Positions 1-8,792 of a DNA stretch of 64,000 nt are shown here, in pieces. The position numbers and the translations under genes were made by a program. The notes under the pieces are model-generated. The model did no database searches, was not told the DNA's origin, and was given only the letters and a program-made list of their open reading frames with translations. Within the stretch, counting starts at the first letter, position 1. Every line of letters begins with the position of its first letter. This stretch comes from a bacterium (GTDB lineage: Bacteria > JAMCPX01): positions 1 to 64,000 of the forward strand of contig JBBIVV010000001.1 in assembly GCA_037439545.1 (NCBI GenBank), read 5' to 3'.

Positions 1-249
1 CGAAGCACTGATAGCGTAAATTTGCGTTAATTTGTGCTTATTGCTGCTGTTTTTTTCTCATTTTCACATAAGAAAGATTATGGAAACTATTATATGTTAT
101 CATCCAAGGGAGCCCATATAGTTAGGATCCTTCGCTGTAGCTTTTTCTTTCCATCTTTGCCTCCTTTTGGTATGTCTTATTAACAGGAGACTCTAAGTGC
201 AAGTGCTGGTTTTCGGGTGGAACATCAAAGTTGAATCAGGAACACTTTT

Positions 250-3192
250 ATGATGAATAATTTAAATTTATCGGAAGCACAATATGGAGATGCAAAGTCT
301 ACAATTTTCATTCCTATTTTACTTTTTTTGGCATCCATAGTTTTTTTTAACACAGGTTGTATCAGACATGACGAAAGAAAAGGAACAAACCCGATACAAA
401 CCCATGCAACGGAGCTGGCAGGCGGTATACCAACCACTACTGTAAAAATTCAAACTTATACAAGACCACCCATTTTAACTATTACTTCACCTTCTAACGG
501 GAATAGATTTGCCTCCTCATCTATATCTGTTTACGGAACTGTATCGGATATCTATGGATTGCCGGTGAGTGTCACGGTAAATGGAATAAGTGCAACTGTC
601 TCCGGAAATAGTTTTTTTACAACAGGCATTACATTATCGGGCATTACCAACACAATTCAGGCTATTGCAGTCGATAGTGTCGGCCTGAGATCTTTAATAA
701 ATGTTTCTGCTACCTATCACACAGCACCAACCATGAGCGTTATATGGGTATATCCGTCTTATAGAGAAACGCTGTCATCGACAAGTATTGTAGCGGAAAT
801 TGATTTTACGGACAGTACCTATGGTATCGATCTTGGGAGCCTTATAGTAAACATCGATGGCAACCCGGTGAATTTAACAGCACAGGAGAACCACTACGAT
901 CACACGGTTTATTACATACAAGACCTATCCGCTGGTAAGCACACATTGGTTGCATCTGTTCTTAACGAGCAAGGACTCATAGCTCAGGCATCTACTACTT
1001 TTTTTGTAAAACCTGCAATTACAATAATAGGCATATCACCTACTATTGCGACTATAGGGCAACTCGTCACTATTACCGGAAGTGGATTAGATAAAGTATC
1101 TACGATATGTCTTACAAGTGGTTATTATAGTGCAGGTATGGGAAACCATTGTGTGGAGCCAATATATCTGCCCAATGGAGGCGGGATATCTCCTGATCAT
1201 TTAACCCACAATTCTGACGGTAGTATAAGTTTTTATATTCCAGATAATGCGATAACGGGTGATCTTGTAGCGGGGAGCATATTAACGGTAAGCAACCATA
1301 TTATTCTTAGAATCAAACCAACAATTCTTAATGTTTTACCATATGACGTGGGATACGTGGTCGTGTATGATAATACCCGGCAGTACAGAACTACTAATGC
1401 AAATGGTCAAAAAATCATCTCGATCTATGCGGCAGGATTAAGTAGTTTAATAAAGGATGACAGTGTATCACTTAACGGCATTAATTGCCCGGTTGGCAAT
1501 GTTGAGAGTGGCGGTCTAATAAAAGCATTAATACCTGTCGGTATCCATTCAGGAAAGCTCGTTGTGACTGTGAAAGGTATCAACAGCGACCCCGTTATGT
1601 TAAGGATAACCAATGAGAAAACTTATGTTAATTCTAGTCCACAGGATATGTCGAACAGCGGGCCTTTTACCAGAAGCATGCCTGTTAACCTCCCACCCCT
1701 TGTAGTGCCAAACTCAAGGACATTATCTCCCAACAATGCAATTGTAACTATTGGGCCTAAAACAACGTTAGTGCAGCATCCAAGCACAACACCAATTGGT
1801 TCGTCTACATCGATGTCCGGATCATCTGTGACAAATTCACGTAATTACAGTAATATGAATAGCGGGCAGACTGCCTCAGAAAAATTAAAATTGGCAACTA
1901 TAATAACTGGTGCGCCTACATCAATATCTGCCACATCTCTGAAAAATATTCAGAGTTACAACAATATGAATAGCGGGCAGATTGTCTCAGAAAAAATAAA
2001 TATGGCAACCGTACCCCGCAAATGTGATACCGGTGACTACGAGGCATGTGTTGATGGCTTTTTATACTACATCACGATAGGAGATTATCGATTTTATGTT
2101 TTCATTAAAAAGCTTGTTTCGCTTAAACAAGGGGCGGCGTTCCTGCAACCAAGATGCATGATATCGAAAAACGGCAAATATTGTTTAATGCTCGGGGAAA
2201 TGTATCTTGCAGGCGAAGGTGTAGTGCAGGATTTCTCTAAGACACTATTTAATTTTCATAAAGCGTGCGAAGCGGGTAACGAGGTTGGTTGCAGCGAAGT
2301 AGGTTATATGTATGAGATGGGCAAAGGCGTAGTACAGGATTACGCAAAAGCAGCATTCCTTTATGAGAATAGCTGTAAAAAAGGCGATGGCGAGGGCTGT
2401 TATAATCTTGGAGATATGTATTATAAAGGCTTAGGAGTATCACAGGATTACGAAAAAGCGGCATCCTTGTTTCAAAAAGCCTGTGATGCAGAGGTTGTTA
2501 TTGGATGCATGGATCTAGGGAATATGTACTTTACGGGCAAGAGGATACCACAGAACTACAACGGAGCAATCTCATCCTTTCAGAAAGCCTGCGGTCTAGG
2601 CAATGGGGAAGGATGCAATAGTTGCGGCACCATATATCTGTATGGTAAGGATTATACAGCGGCGGCGGCGTTTTACCGAAAGGCTTGCGATCTGGAAAAT
2701 GCTGCCGGGTGTAGCAGTTTAGGCGTTATGTATTTTTCGGGCAAAGGTGTTCCACGAGACTATTTTAAGGCAGTATCACTTTTGCAAAAAGGCTGCGATA
2801 AGGGGAATAGTGGTGGATGTATGAGTCTGGGGAATATATACCTTGTTGGCCAAAGAGAAATAGCACAGAATTATTCCGCATCAGTTTCTCTGTTTCAAAA
2901 AGCTTGTGAATTGGGGGATATAAACGGATGTATTAATTCGGGAAACATGTATTATGTAGGTAAAGGAGTAACTCAGGACTACTTCAAGGCCGCACAGCTT
3001 TATGAAAAAGCTTGTACTAGCGGTAATGCATACGGCTGCAATGGTCTCGGATTTATGTATCTTTACGGTAAAGGTAGAACTCAAAATTATCCTAAAGCTA
3101 TATCGCTCTTTCAAAAAGCCTGTGACCTTGGTAATAAAGATGGATGTAGAAATTTAAACGTACTGCAGAAGCGGGACATCTATAATAAATAA
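250..3192 (+). CDS. Large secreted/lipoprotein with Ig-like and IPT/TIG domains, S/T-rich linker and C-terminal Cys-rich Sel1-like repeats
   Basis: Hydrophobic N-terminus ending FFNTGC (possible lipobox). Ig-like 'PILTITSPSNG..VYGTVSD..VTVNG' and IPT-like 'ITIIGISPTIATIGQLVTITGSGL'. About 9 Sel1 repeats of the form GCxxLGxMYxxGxGVxQDYxKAxxLFQKAC. Confidence 0.8.
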   Translation: MMNNLNLSEAQYGDAKSTIFIPILLFLASIVFFNTGCIRHDERKGTNPIQTHATELAGGIPTTTVKIQTYTRPPILTITSPSNGNRFASSSISVYGTVSDIYGLPVSVTVNGISATVSGNSFFTTGITLSGITNTIQAIAVDSVGLRSLINVSATYHTAPTMSVIWVYPSYRETLSSTSIVAEIDFTDSTYGIDLGSLIVNIDGNPVNLTAQENHYDHTVYYIQDLSAGKHTLVASVLNEQGLIAQASTTFFVKPAITIIGISPTIATIGQLVTITGSGLDKVSTICLTSGYYSAGMGNHCVEPIYLPNGGGISPDHLTHNSDGSISFYIPDNAITGDLVAGSILTVSNHIILRIKPTILNVLPYDVGYVVVYDNTRQYRTTNANGQKIISIYAAGLSSLIKDDSVSLNGINCPVGNVESGGLIKALIPVGIHSGKLVVTVKGINSDPVMLRITNEKTYVNSSPQDMSNSGPFTRSMPVNLPPLVVPNSRTLSPNNAIVTIGPKTTLVQHPSTTPIGSSTSMSGSSVTNSRNYSNMNSGQTASEKLKLATIITGAPTSISATSLKNIQSYNNMNSGQIVSEKINMATVPRKCDTGDYEACVDGFLYYITIGDYRFYVFIKKLVSLKQGAAFLQPRCMISKNGKYCLMLGEMYLAGEGVVQDFSKTLFNFHKACEAGNEVGCSEVGYMYEMGKGVVQDYAKAAFLYENSCKKGDGEGCYNLGDMYYKGLGVSQDYEKAASLFQKACDAEVVIGCMDLGNMYFTGKRIPQNYNGAISSFQKACGLGNGEGCNSCGTIYLYGKDYTAAAAFYRKACDLENAAGCSSLGVMYFSGKGVPRDYFKAVSLLQKGCDKGNSGGCMSLGNIYLVGQREIAQNYSASVSLFQKACELGDINGCINSGNMYYVGKGVTQDYFKAAQLYEKACTSGNAYGCNGLGFMYLYGKGRTQNYPKAISLFQKACDLGNKDGCRNLNVLQKRDIYNK
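1789..2010 (+). repeat. Imperfect in-frame tandem duplication, 2 x 111 bp (37 aa)
   Basis: aatatgaatagcgggcaga..g.ctcagaaaaa.taaa..tggcaac recurs at a 111 bp offset (NMNSGQTASEKLKLAT / NMNSGQIVSEKINMAT). Confidence 0.75.
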
Positions 3193-3266
3193 TCAAAGCG
3201 ATCTTTTTCCTTAATTCATGAAGGTCCTTAATCCGAGACTATCGAGACTTGGCGGATGAAGGCATC

Positions 3267-3555
3267 CCCTGTCCATTAAACGTCCTTTTATTAACACCCT
3301 ATTTTGAACCGGCTGCCTTAGAGTGAAATCGCCGGGCCGTTTTTGTGACCCCTTTTTTGACACCCCTGTTTTTGACACCTTTTTTTTGGCGTTGATAGTA
3401 CGGTTTTTATAAGAACGGCAAGAAAACCCCGAGCTTTCAGGCTCGGGGATGATTGGCCGCCAGAAGCGAAGCCAGCATTAGCTGGCGAAGCGGAGGTCAC
3501 TTCACGATAATGGGCGCCAGGTACCGGTAGACGATCGGCACGATAAGCGGGTAAA
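3267..3555. repeat. Copy 1 of a ~170 bp direct repeat (copy 2 at 8292-8461), interrupted by a 119 bp insert
   Basis: ccctgtccattaaacgtccttttat and aagaacggcaag...gcgggtaaa match 8292-8461 with one visible mismatch. The extra 3292-3410 is bounded by ttttat on both sides. Confidence 0.9.
3411..3500 (+). mobile_element. Non-autonomous IS200/IS605-type mini element (PATE-like), copy 1
   Basis: Follows TTTAT. Left hairpin ccccgagc-tttcag-gctcgggg, right hairpin gccagc-atta-gctggc, ends in TCAC; no ORF. Confidence 0.6.
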
Positions 3556-3577
3556 ATATCATGGGGTCAAATCTTTT

Positions 3578-3716
3578 CAGGCTGTTGAAAAACTCGCATT
3601 ACCGTCATTGCGAACGAAGTGAAGCAATCTCGGTTTTTATAAATCAATAAGTTATAGATTGCTTCGTCGCAAAAACGCTCCTCGCAATGACATGCTCAGG
3701 CTTTTTCAACAGCCTG
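3578..3716. mobile_element. MITE with 15 bp perfect terminal inverted repeats enclosing a REP/RPE-like palindrome
   Basis: CAGGCTGTTGAAAAA (3578-3592) / TTTTTCAACAGCCTG (3702-3716). Inner pairs gtcattgcga/tcgcaatgac and gaagcaatct/agattgcttc. Confidence 0.8.
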
Positions 3717-3751
3717 TTGTAAATTGACAAATTGTTTGTCAGGGGTTGCAT

Positions 3752-3840
3752 ATGGAGAGGAAATTGCGGATTGAATTGCGGGTGCGGTCTATCAAAGTAT
3801 AAACAGACGTAACGAAAGGAACCATATTTTATTAGAGTGA
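3752..3840 (+). pseudogene. Remnant N-terminus of a REP-associated Y1 (RAYT/IS200-like) transposase
   Basis: MERKLRIE-[frameshift]-AGAVYQSINRRNERNHIL resembles the family start MxRxLRIExxGAVYHVxxRGNER. A ggggtcaaatctt...aattgacaa motif lies upstream, split by the MITE. Confidence 0.6.
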
Positions 3841-4015
3841 TTCCGAACCTTAACCTTCCTGTCCATTCCTGTTACCTGCCCGACCGCTATGCAGTTGTCA
3901 AGCGCGGCTCTATCAGGAGCTCGCCCCCGCGCAGTATCTGGTCTGTAAGTGCGGCCGGCAGCGAGCCTGCTTTTTCGACGAAGTTATTCTGGTGGGGGTG
4001 CATAATCAGCCCTCC

Positions 4016-5209
4016 TCACGTCTTTAGCCGTGATTGCAGCCAATCGGGGAATTCAAACCAAGGTATCGCTTTATTATTGCCGGGCAGATCGACTTCTCTT
4101 TCCACGCGGCAGACAAGTAATCCGGTATTCGCGGCGTCTTTCCCGGCAAGTTGTTTAAATTTCTCAATGGCCTGCACATGGCCGGCGGAAGGGGTTGCCG
4201 TTAATTTGATCTCCACAGGATACATTTTTTGATCGATGCGAATTATCAGATCGACCTCGAGACCGTCGTGCGATCTCCAGAAAAATATATCTCTTTCCCG
4301 GCCTGTACTGGCAAATATCTTTATGGCCTCCCCGATGATCAGTCCTTCAAAAAGTGCTCCGGCCATTGCACCTGATACGGCAGAAAGCTTGTCCGGTTGC
4401 CGAGTAAGCTCGCATACGATGGCCGGATCGATGAAATACAACTTCGGCGACTTTATCAATCGTTTACCGTAATTCCTGAAATACGGCGGCAGAAGCATAG
4501 AGAGGTAAGATGCCTCGAGTACGCTGAGCCATGATTTTATGGTTGGCACCGATACGCCGCATTCTCTGGACAGCGTGGAAGCATTCAGTACCTGCGCATG
4601 GTGTGCTGCGAGGAGACCGATAAACGATTCAAACGTTCGCATATTTTTAATATTCTGGAGTTGTCGTATGTCTCTTTCAATGTATGTTTGAATATAGGAA
4701 CGAATCCATACTCTACGTTTTTCCGGATTAAGAGACGGTTCCGGATATCCTCCGTTCCATATCAGATCTTCGATCTTATTCTTGTCCCTGTACTCAATCA
4801 GACTAAACGGGAGCAGTTCGAATATCGCTATACGGCCGGCGAGTGACTCGCTAATATTTTTCATAAGATGAAATTGCTGTGAGCCAGTAAGCAACCACGT
4901 GCCTGTTTGGTCTCTGTTTTTATCGATACGCATCTTTATATAGGGAAGTATTTCCGGTACATATTGAATCTCATCAATAATGAGATGCTTATCACCGGAC
5001 TGATCAAGGAATCTATTGGGATCTTTCCGTGCAAACTCCCTTTGCAGGGGATCATCGAAGCTTACATACGAAGCGTCCTGTCTGAACTCTTTGAGAAGAA
5101 ACGTCGTTTTACCGGACTGTCGGGGGCCCGTTATGAGAACAGCCGGGAACAATTGTACTGCCTTTTTTACTGCAGGAGTCAATAAGCGGGGTATATACAT
5201 ATGTGCCAA
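4016..5209 (-). CDS. AAA_14 / DUF4143 family ATP-binding protein
   Basis: Walker A GPRQSGKTT, Walker B IIDEIQ, LTGSQ, KRLIKSPKLYFID, C-terminal EVDLII..PVEIK. Confidence 0.9.
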   Translation of the reverse strand: MAHMYIPRLLTPAVKKAVQLFPAVLITGPRQSGKTTFLLKEFRQDASYVSFDDPLQREFARKDPNRFLDQSGDKHLIIDEIQYVPEILPYIKMRIDKNRDQTGTWLLTGSQQFHLMKNISESLAGRIAIFELLPFSLIEYRDKNKIEDLIWNGGYPEPSLNPEKRRVWIRSYIQTYIERDIRQLQNIKNMRTFESFIGLLAAHHAQVLNASTLSRECGVSVPTIKSWLSVLEASYLSMLLPPYFRNYGKRLIKSPKLYFIDPAIVCELTRQPDKLSAVSGAMAGALFEGLIIGEAIKIFASTGRERDIFFWRSHDGLEVDLIIRIDQKMYPVEIKLTATPSAGHVQAIEKFKQLAGKDAANTGLLVCRVEREVDLPGNNKAIPWFEFPDWLQSRLKT

Positions 5210-5369
5210 TATTAAAGTTATATTTTAAATATGTCAAGCATCCAACGGGCTGTGCCGGAGAGAAAATTAAAAGTGCACTCTAATTGATGATTTGTTTAAG
5301 AAGACAAAAGGGAAAATAAGGGGCGTACCTTCCTTGTGGAATTTGTTTGGGTGGAGCTGGATACAAATT

Positions 5370-7796
5370 TTATAAAAAGACAAATCCGATAACGGTCAGC
5401 ACACCGGCGGCCGACAGAATCAGGCCGAGGGTAAAGGAAAACGGTTTGTACGCAAAGACGACATGGTGTTGCCCCGGCTCAAGCAGAACACCCCGAAACA
5501 GGTAATCCGCATGAAGAATGGGCTGTCTCTTCCCATCCACACGCACCTCCCACCCGCTATCGTATGTGTCCGACAATACGAGAACATCTTTACACTGATT
5601 AAATGTTGTTAATTTTACAGAGTCAGGTTGATATGAGTCTATAATGAGGTGATCTGCATTTCTATTTTTACATGGCGCGAGTTCTATGTTGTTTCCTTCA
5701 ATGACAGCACTGTCTTTGAGCAAATCGTCTATACGATCCGCAACAATGTGAAGGGCATTATCGGGGGTAGCTGCGAAAATTATGTTATGTACAAGGAATG
5801 CCCGTTTTCTGAAATTACTGAGGGAGTACAACTTATTTATACCACCAACATATTTTACATTGATAAGTTGAAATATTTTAAGGATTTTTTCAGGTATAAC
5901 AAAAAGATGAGGGTGAGATTTATCATAAAAATCCATCAACCTGATAAAATATATACCAAAATATGGCTTTTTATCTAAAAAAGTTCTAAAAAATGTATCA
6001 TATCTTTTATTTCCCGGCCAATCATAGCCCCTTACATCATATAAATGATACACCATGAGAGAATTTGGAATATACGTGGCGCCTAAAGAAACAAACCGAT
6101 AAAGACTTTTATCTTTTTGCATATAGGAGATAGGTTCAGGTGTTTGCGGGTAGATCCACGTCTTTGGCACCTGTGGATTATAATTCTGACCAAAGGAAAA
6201 TAAATCAAAGAAAACAATGCATGTTACTAAGATCATCAATGCTGAACGTTTATGTTGAATGGATTGATACAGTGCTAACCAAAGGAAAAATAATCCAACT
6301 TTGATCAGAAAAGAATAAAAATTGTCAGCAATACTTTCAAAGTGGCTCGAAGAGCCTGCCTTGTTGAAAACAAGAGTCAAAAGTAAACACGCGAAGCCCA
6401 ATAAAACAATAGTACCGACAGCTACGTAGACCTTTTTTTTTATATAATTGGATCCTGGATTTTCGATAACACTGGAGGGTAAATAAATTCTGTTTCTCTG
6501 TTCGGTCTTTTCTTGAACAGTATTCTGGAACTCCGGCCGAATTTTTGAAAGTATCTCAACACCTATCCCTGCGAGTACCGCCATGCTGAACTGAAAAATG
6601 AGCAACAATCCATAGTTTGCCATATGATTATAAAGGGGCAAAAGATTAAATACCTGGGAAAATGGTGGTACACTATAAACAACAAATAATACCCCCAGCG
6701 CAAGAAAAGAGAAAAAAAGTACATATCTGTCTTTGTGTCCAATCATTATAGCCAATCCTGCCATGAGTAATGGAATAATGCCTACATATCCTGCTATCAT
6801 ATTGAAATTACCTATTCCCCAGTAATTGTCCAACACCGGGGAGCCAAAAAAATTGGGCATTAAAAGTGTGGAAAAAGCTTGCATTGGCAGGTTCAAATTA
6901 TCTGCGCTCCCGCGGCTCCTTGTTGCCCATAGGACGCTTTTGAATAGTCCGGAAAGGAACGGTAAAAGCATTGGTGATGCGATCATAAATCCGAGTATGA
7001 ACGCAATGATTATATTGGCAAATTTCTTGATTGTAGCAGCCGTATCTCTTTTATCCCGATATTCCCAGATTATATGTACGAGCAGGTAAAGCGCTGCTGC
7101 AAGAAGAACATGTGCGGATGTTTCAGGGTGCCCGCCAAGGAACTGTACACCTGTTACGAGTGCAAGTCCGATAAAATATATTTTCTCACCTGTATTCATA
7201 AATTTATGAATAAACAGAAACAGCCATGGAAGAAAAATCGATACATTTGTATTCTGAAGGCTAAGCCAGACTATGTTAAATGCGCAGAACATGAACACAA
7301 GAGAGGAGAACAAACTTGCAATAAGATCAAGACCAAGTGCACTAACAAATAAATACATACCAAACCCCGCTATGAAAAGCCTAAAGAAGGCACTCATGTT
7401 GAAAGCATCTTTGAATGGCAAAATATAAAATAAAATATTTATGGGATAAAAGACTGCCGACTGAGCATCTGCGAGGAATGGTGTTCCCATTTCTATGTAA
7501 GGATTCCAAAGAGGAAGATATCCGTGGCGTACGCTCTCTCTGGCGTAGTTGAGAAAAGGATAAAACATGATTGTTTGGTCACCCAACAATGCATTGGAAG
7601 CACGCTGCCATCCTAGGGGAGTAACAGAAGTATACGGTGGATAGGTAAATAAACCGTCCGTTGCTGACAGTACCCGTCCCAGGAATACCACTTTATAGAA
7701 GTAAACAGTTAGGGCGAGGAGCAATACTACAGATACAAGGAGTATTTTGTTTCTTCTGCTTTTTAGGTGCATAAAAGTATGCATGCACAGTACCAC
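5370..7796 (-). CDS. YfhO-family multi-pass membrane protein (GT-C-like glycosyltransferase)
   Basis: LPLWNPY..MGTPFLAD, GGHPE, many TM segments, C-terminal VLSDTYDSGW..ADYLFRGV.LEPG.H. Confidence 0.85.
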   Translation of the reverse strand: MVLCMHTFMHLKSRRNKILLVSVVLLLALTVYFYKVVFLGRVLSATDGLFTYPPYTSVTPLGWQRASNALLGDQTIMFYPFLNYARESVRHGYLPLWNPYIEMGTPFLADAQSAVFYPINILFYILPFKDAFNMSAFFRLFIAGFGMYLFVSALGLDLIASLFSSLVFMFCAFNIVWLSLQNTNVSIFLPWLFLFIHKFMNTGEKIYFIGLALVTGVQFLGGHPETSAHVLLAAALYLLVHIIWEYRDKRDTAATIKKFANIIIAFILGFMIASPMLLPFLSGLFKSVLWATRSRGSADNLNLPMQAFSTLLMPNFFGSPVLDNYWGIGNFNMIAGYVGIIPLLMAGLAIMIGHKDRYVLFFSFLALGVLFVVYSVPPFSQVFNLLPLYNHMANYGLLLIFQFSMAVLAGIGVEILSKIRPEFQNTVQEKTEQRNRIYLPSSVIENPGSNYIKKKVYVAVGTIVLLGFACLLLTLVFNKAGSSSHFESIADNFYSFLIKVGLFFLWLALYQSIQHKRSALMILVTCIVFFDLFSFGQNYNPQVPKTWIYPQTPEPISYMQKDKSLYRFVSLGATYIPNSLMVYHLYDVRGYDWPGNKRYDTFFRTFLDKKPYFGIYFIRLMDFYDKSHPHLFVIPEKILKIFQLINVKYVGGINKLYSLSNFRKRAFLVHNIIFAATPDNALHIVADRIDDLLKDSAVIEGNNIELAPCKNRNADHLIIDSYQPDSVKLTTFNQCKDVLVLSDTYDSGWEVRVDGKRQPILHADYLFRGVLLEPGQHHVVFAYKPFSFTLGLILSAAGVLTVIGFVFL

Positions 7797-7857
7797 ATCT
7801 GCAAAGAAAATTACAGGTCAATCGTTGTTTTTGCAGGGAAAGGATCAGGTATGGTGT

Positions 7858-8142
7858 CTATTCCCACCTGAATACGGGCCTGCGTTTTTCTATGAAGGCT
7901 GCACTCGCCTCTTTGAAGTCTTCGGTATTGCCGCATGCGGCTATACCTTCCCTCTCAAGCTCGAGGATGCGTTCCATGGAACTCGAGTATGCCTGGTTCA
8001 TGTTCCGTTTTACGTACGCAAACGCAACGGTCGGACCTGCGGCTATCGTCCGTGCGAACGCTGTTGCCTGCTCCATAAATGCAGCGTCATCGAATACCCT
8101 GTTCACAAGCCCCATTTCCAGTGCCTGCTGTACGGGAATGTC
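7858..8142 (-). pseudogene. 3' fragment of an enoyl-CoA hydratase/isomerase, paralog of 16077-16859
   Basis: DIPVQQALEMGLVNRVFDD...LELEREGIAACGNTEDFKEA closely parallels the C-terminal third of the 16077 protein. The N-terminal two thirds are missing. Confidence 0.85.
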
Positions 8143-8291
8143 CTTTCATTCATTTGCTTCTCTTTGCTGCCAACCAATTTACTCACTGAAATTGCCGGTA
8201 ATCATAGTCGCTGATAAATATCTTCTGCCGATCATTGTCCATGTTGGTAATATGATGTTAATTACCTCCTTGCGGTCTGCCGGCTGCAACA

Positions 8292-8461
8292 CCCTGTCCA
8301 TTAAACGTCCTTTTATAAGAACGGCAAGAAAACCCCGAGCTTTCAGGCTCGGGGATGATTGGCCGCCAGAAGCGAAGCCAGCATTAGCTGGCGAAGCGGA
8401 GGTCACTTCACGATAATGGGCGCCAGGTACCGGTATACGATCGGCACGATAAGCGGGTAAA
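8292..8461. repeat. Copy 2 of the ~170 bp direct repeat
   Basis: Matches 3267-3291 plus 3411-3555. Confidence 0.9.
8317..8406 (+). mobile_element. Non-autonomous IS200/IS605-type mini element (PATE-like), copy 2
   Basis: Identical to 3411-3500: TTTAT upstream, TCAC end, two hairpins. Confidence 0.6.
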
Positions 8462-8792
8462 TGCCCCACATGAGTGATATGACGATAAGTATGGACGTCT
8501 TTCCTTTGAATATCAAAAATTTATTGTCCGGAAAATAGAACATATCGAGGCCTGATGCATTGCTATACTCATAAATAAAACCAAGGGCAACGCCGATCGG
8601 GTACCGAATGTACCAGTGCAAACCGCTCACCAGGAAAGAAACCACGCCGAAAACAAGCATCACGGCAACTATCAAATGAATGAGAAGGTTTTTCTTTGAT
8701 GTGTACGTCCATAGTTTGAATGTATACGCAATAGCCTCCATACCGAGCTGTCCCGCAAGACACAAAAGCATAAACACCGCTACTTTCATCAT
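8403..8792 (-). CDS. Small hypothetical membrane protein (about 4 TM)
   Basis: Strong RBS (aaggagg) before ATG; hydrophobic 129 aa ORF. Confidence 0.7.
   Translation of the reverse strand: MMKVAVFMLLCLAGQLGMEAIAYTFKLWTYTSKKNLLIHLIVAVMLVFGVVSFLVSGLHWYIRYPIGVALGFIYEYSNASGLDMFYFPDNKFLIFKGKTSILIVISLMWGIYPLIVPIVYRYLAPIIVK

Noticed and set aside
1..170. Minus-strand ORF after aaggagg (MERKKLQRRILTYMGSLG)
   Set aside because: Stops after 18 codons; cannot be interpreted at the window edge.
3330..3400. Short tgacacc repeats as a CRISPR array
   Set aside because: Units are ~14 bp, degenerate, with no unique spacers, and there are no cas genes in the window.
3318..3500. 60 aa ORF (and the 8179-8469 ORF) as real genes
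   Set aside because: They are translations of the duplicated palindromic element with no protein motifs.
6445..6540. Possible in-frame repeat insertion in the YfhO loop (SSVIENPGS)
   Set aside because: Only faint resemblance to REP-like sequence, with no clear inverted ends.
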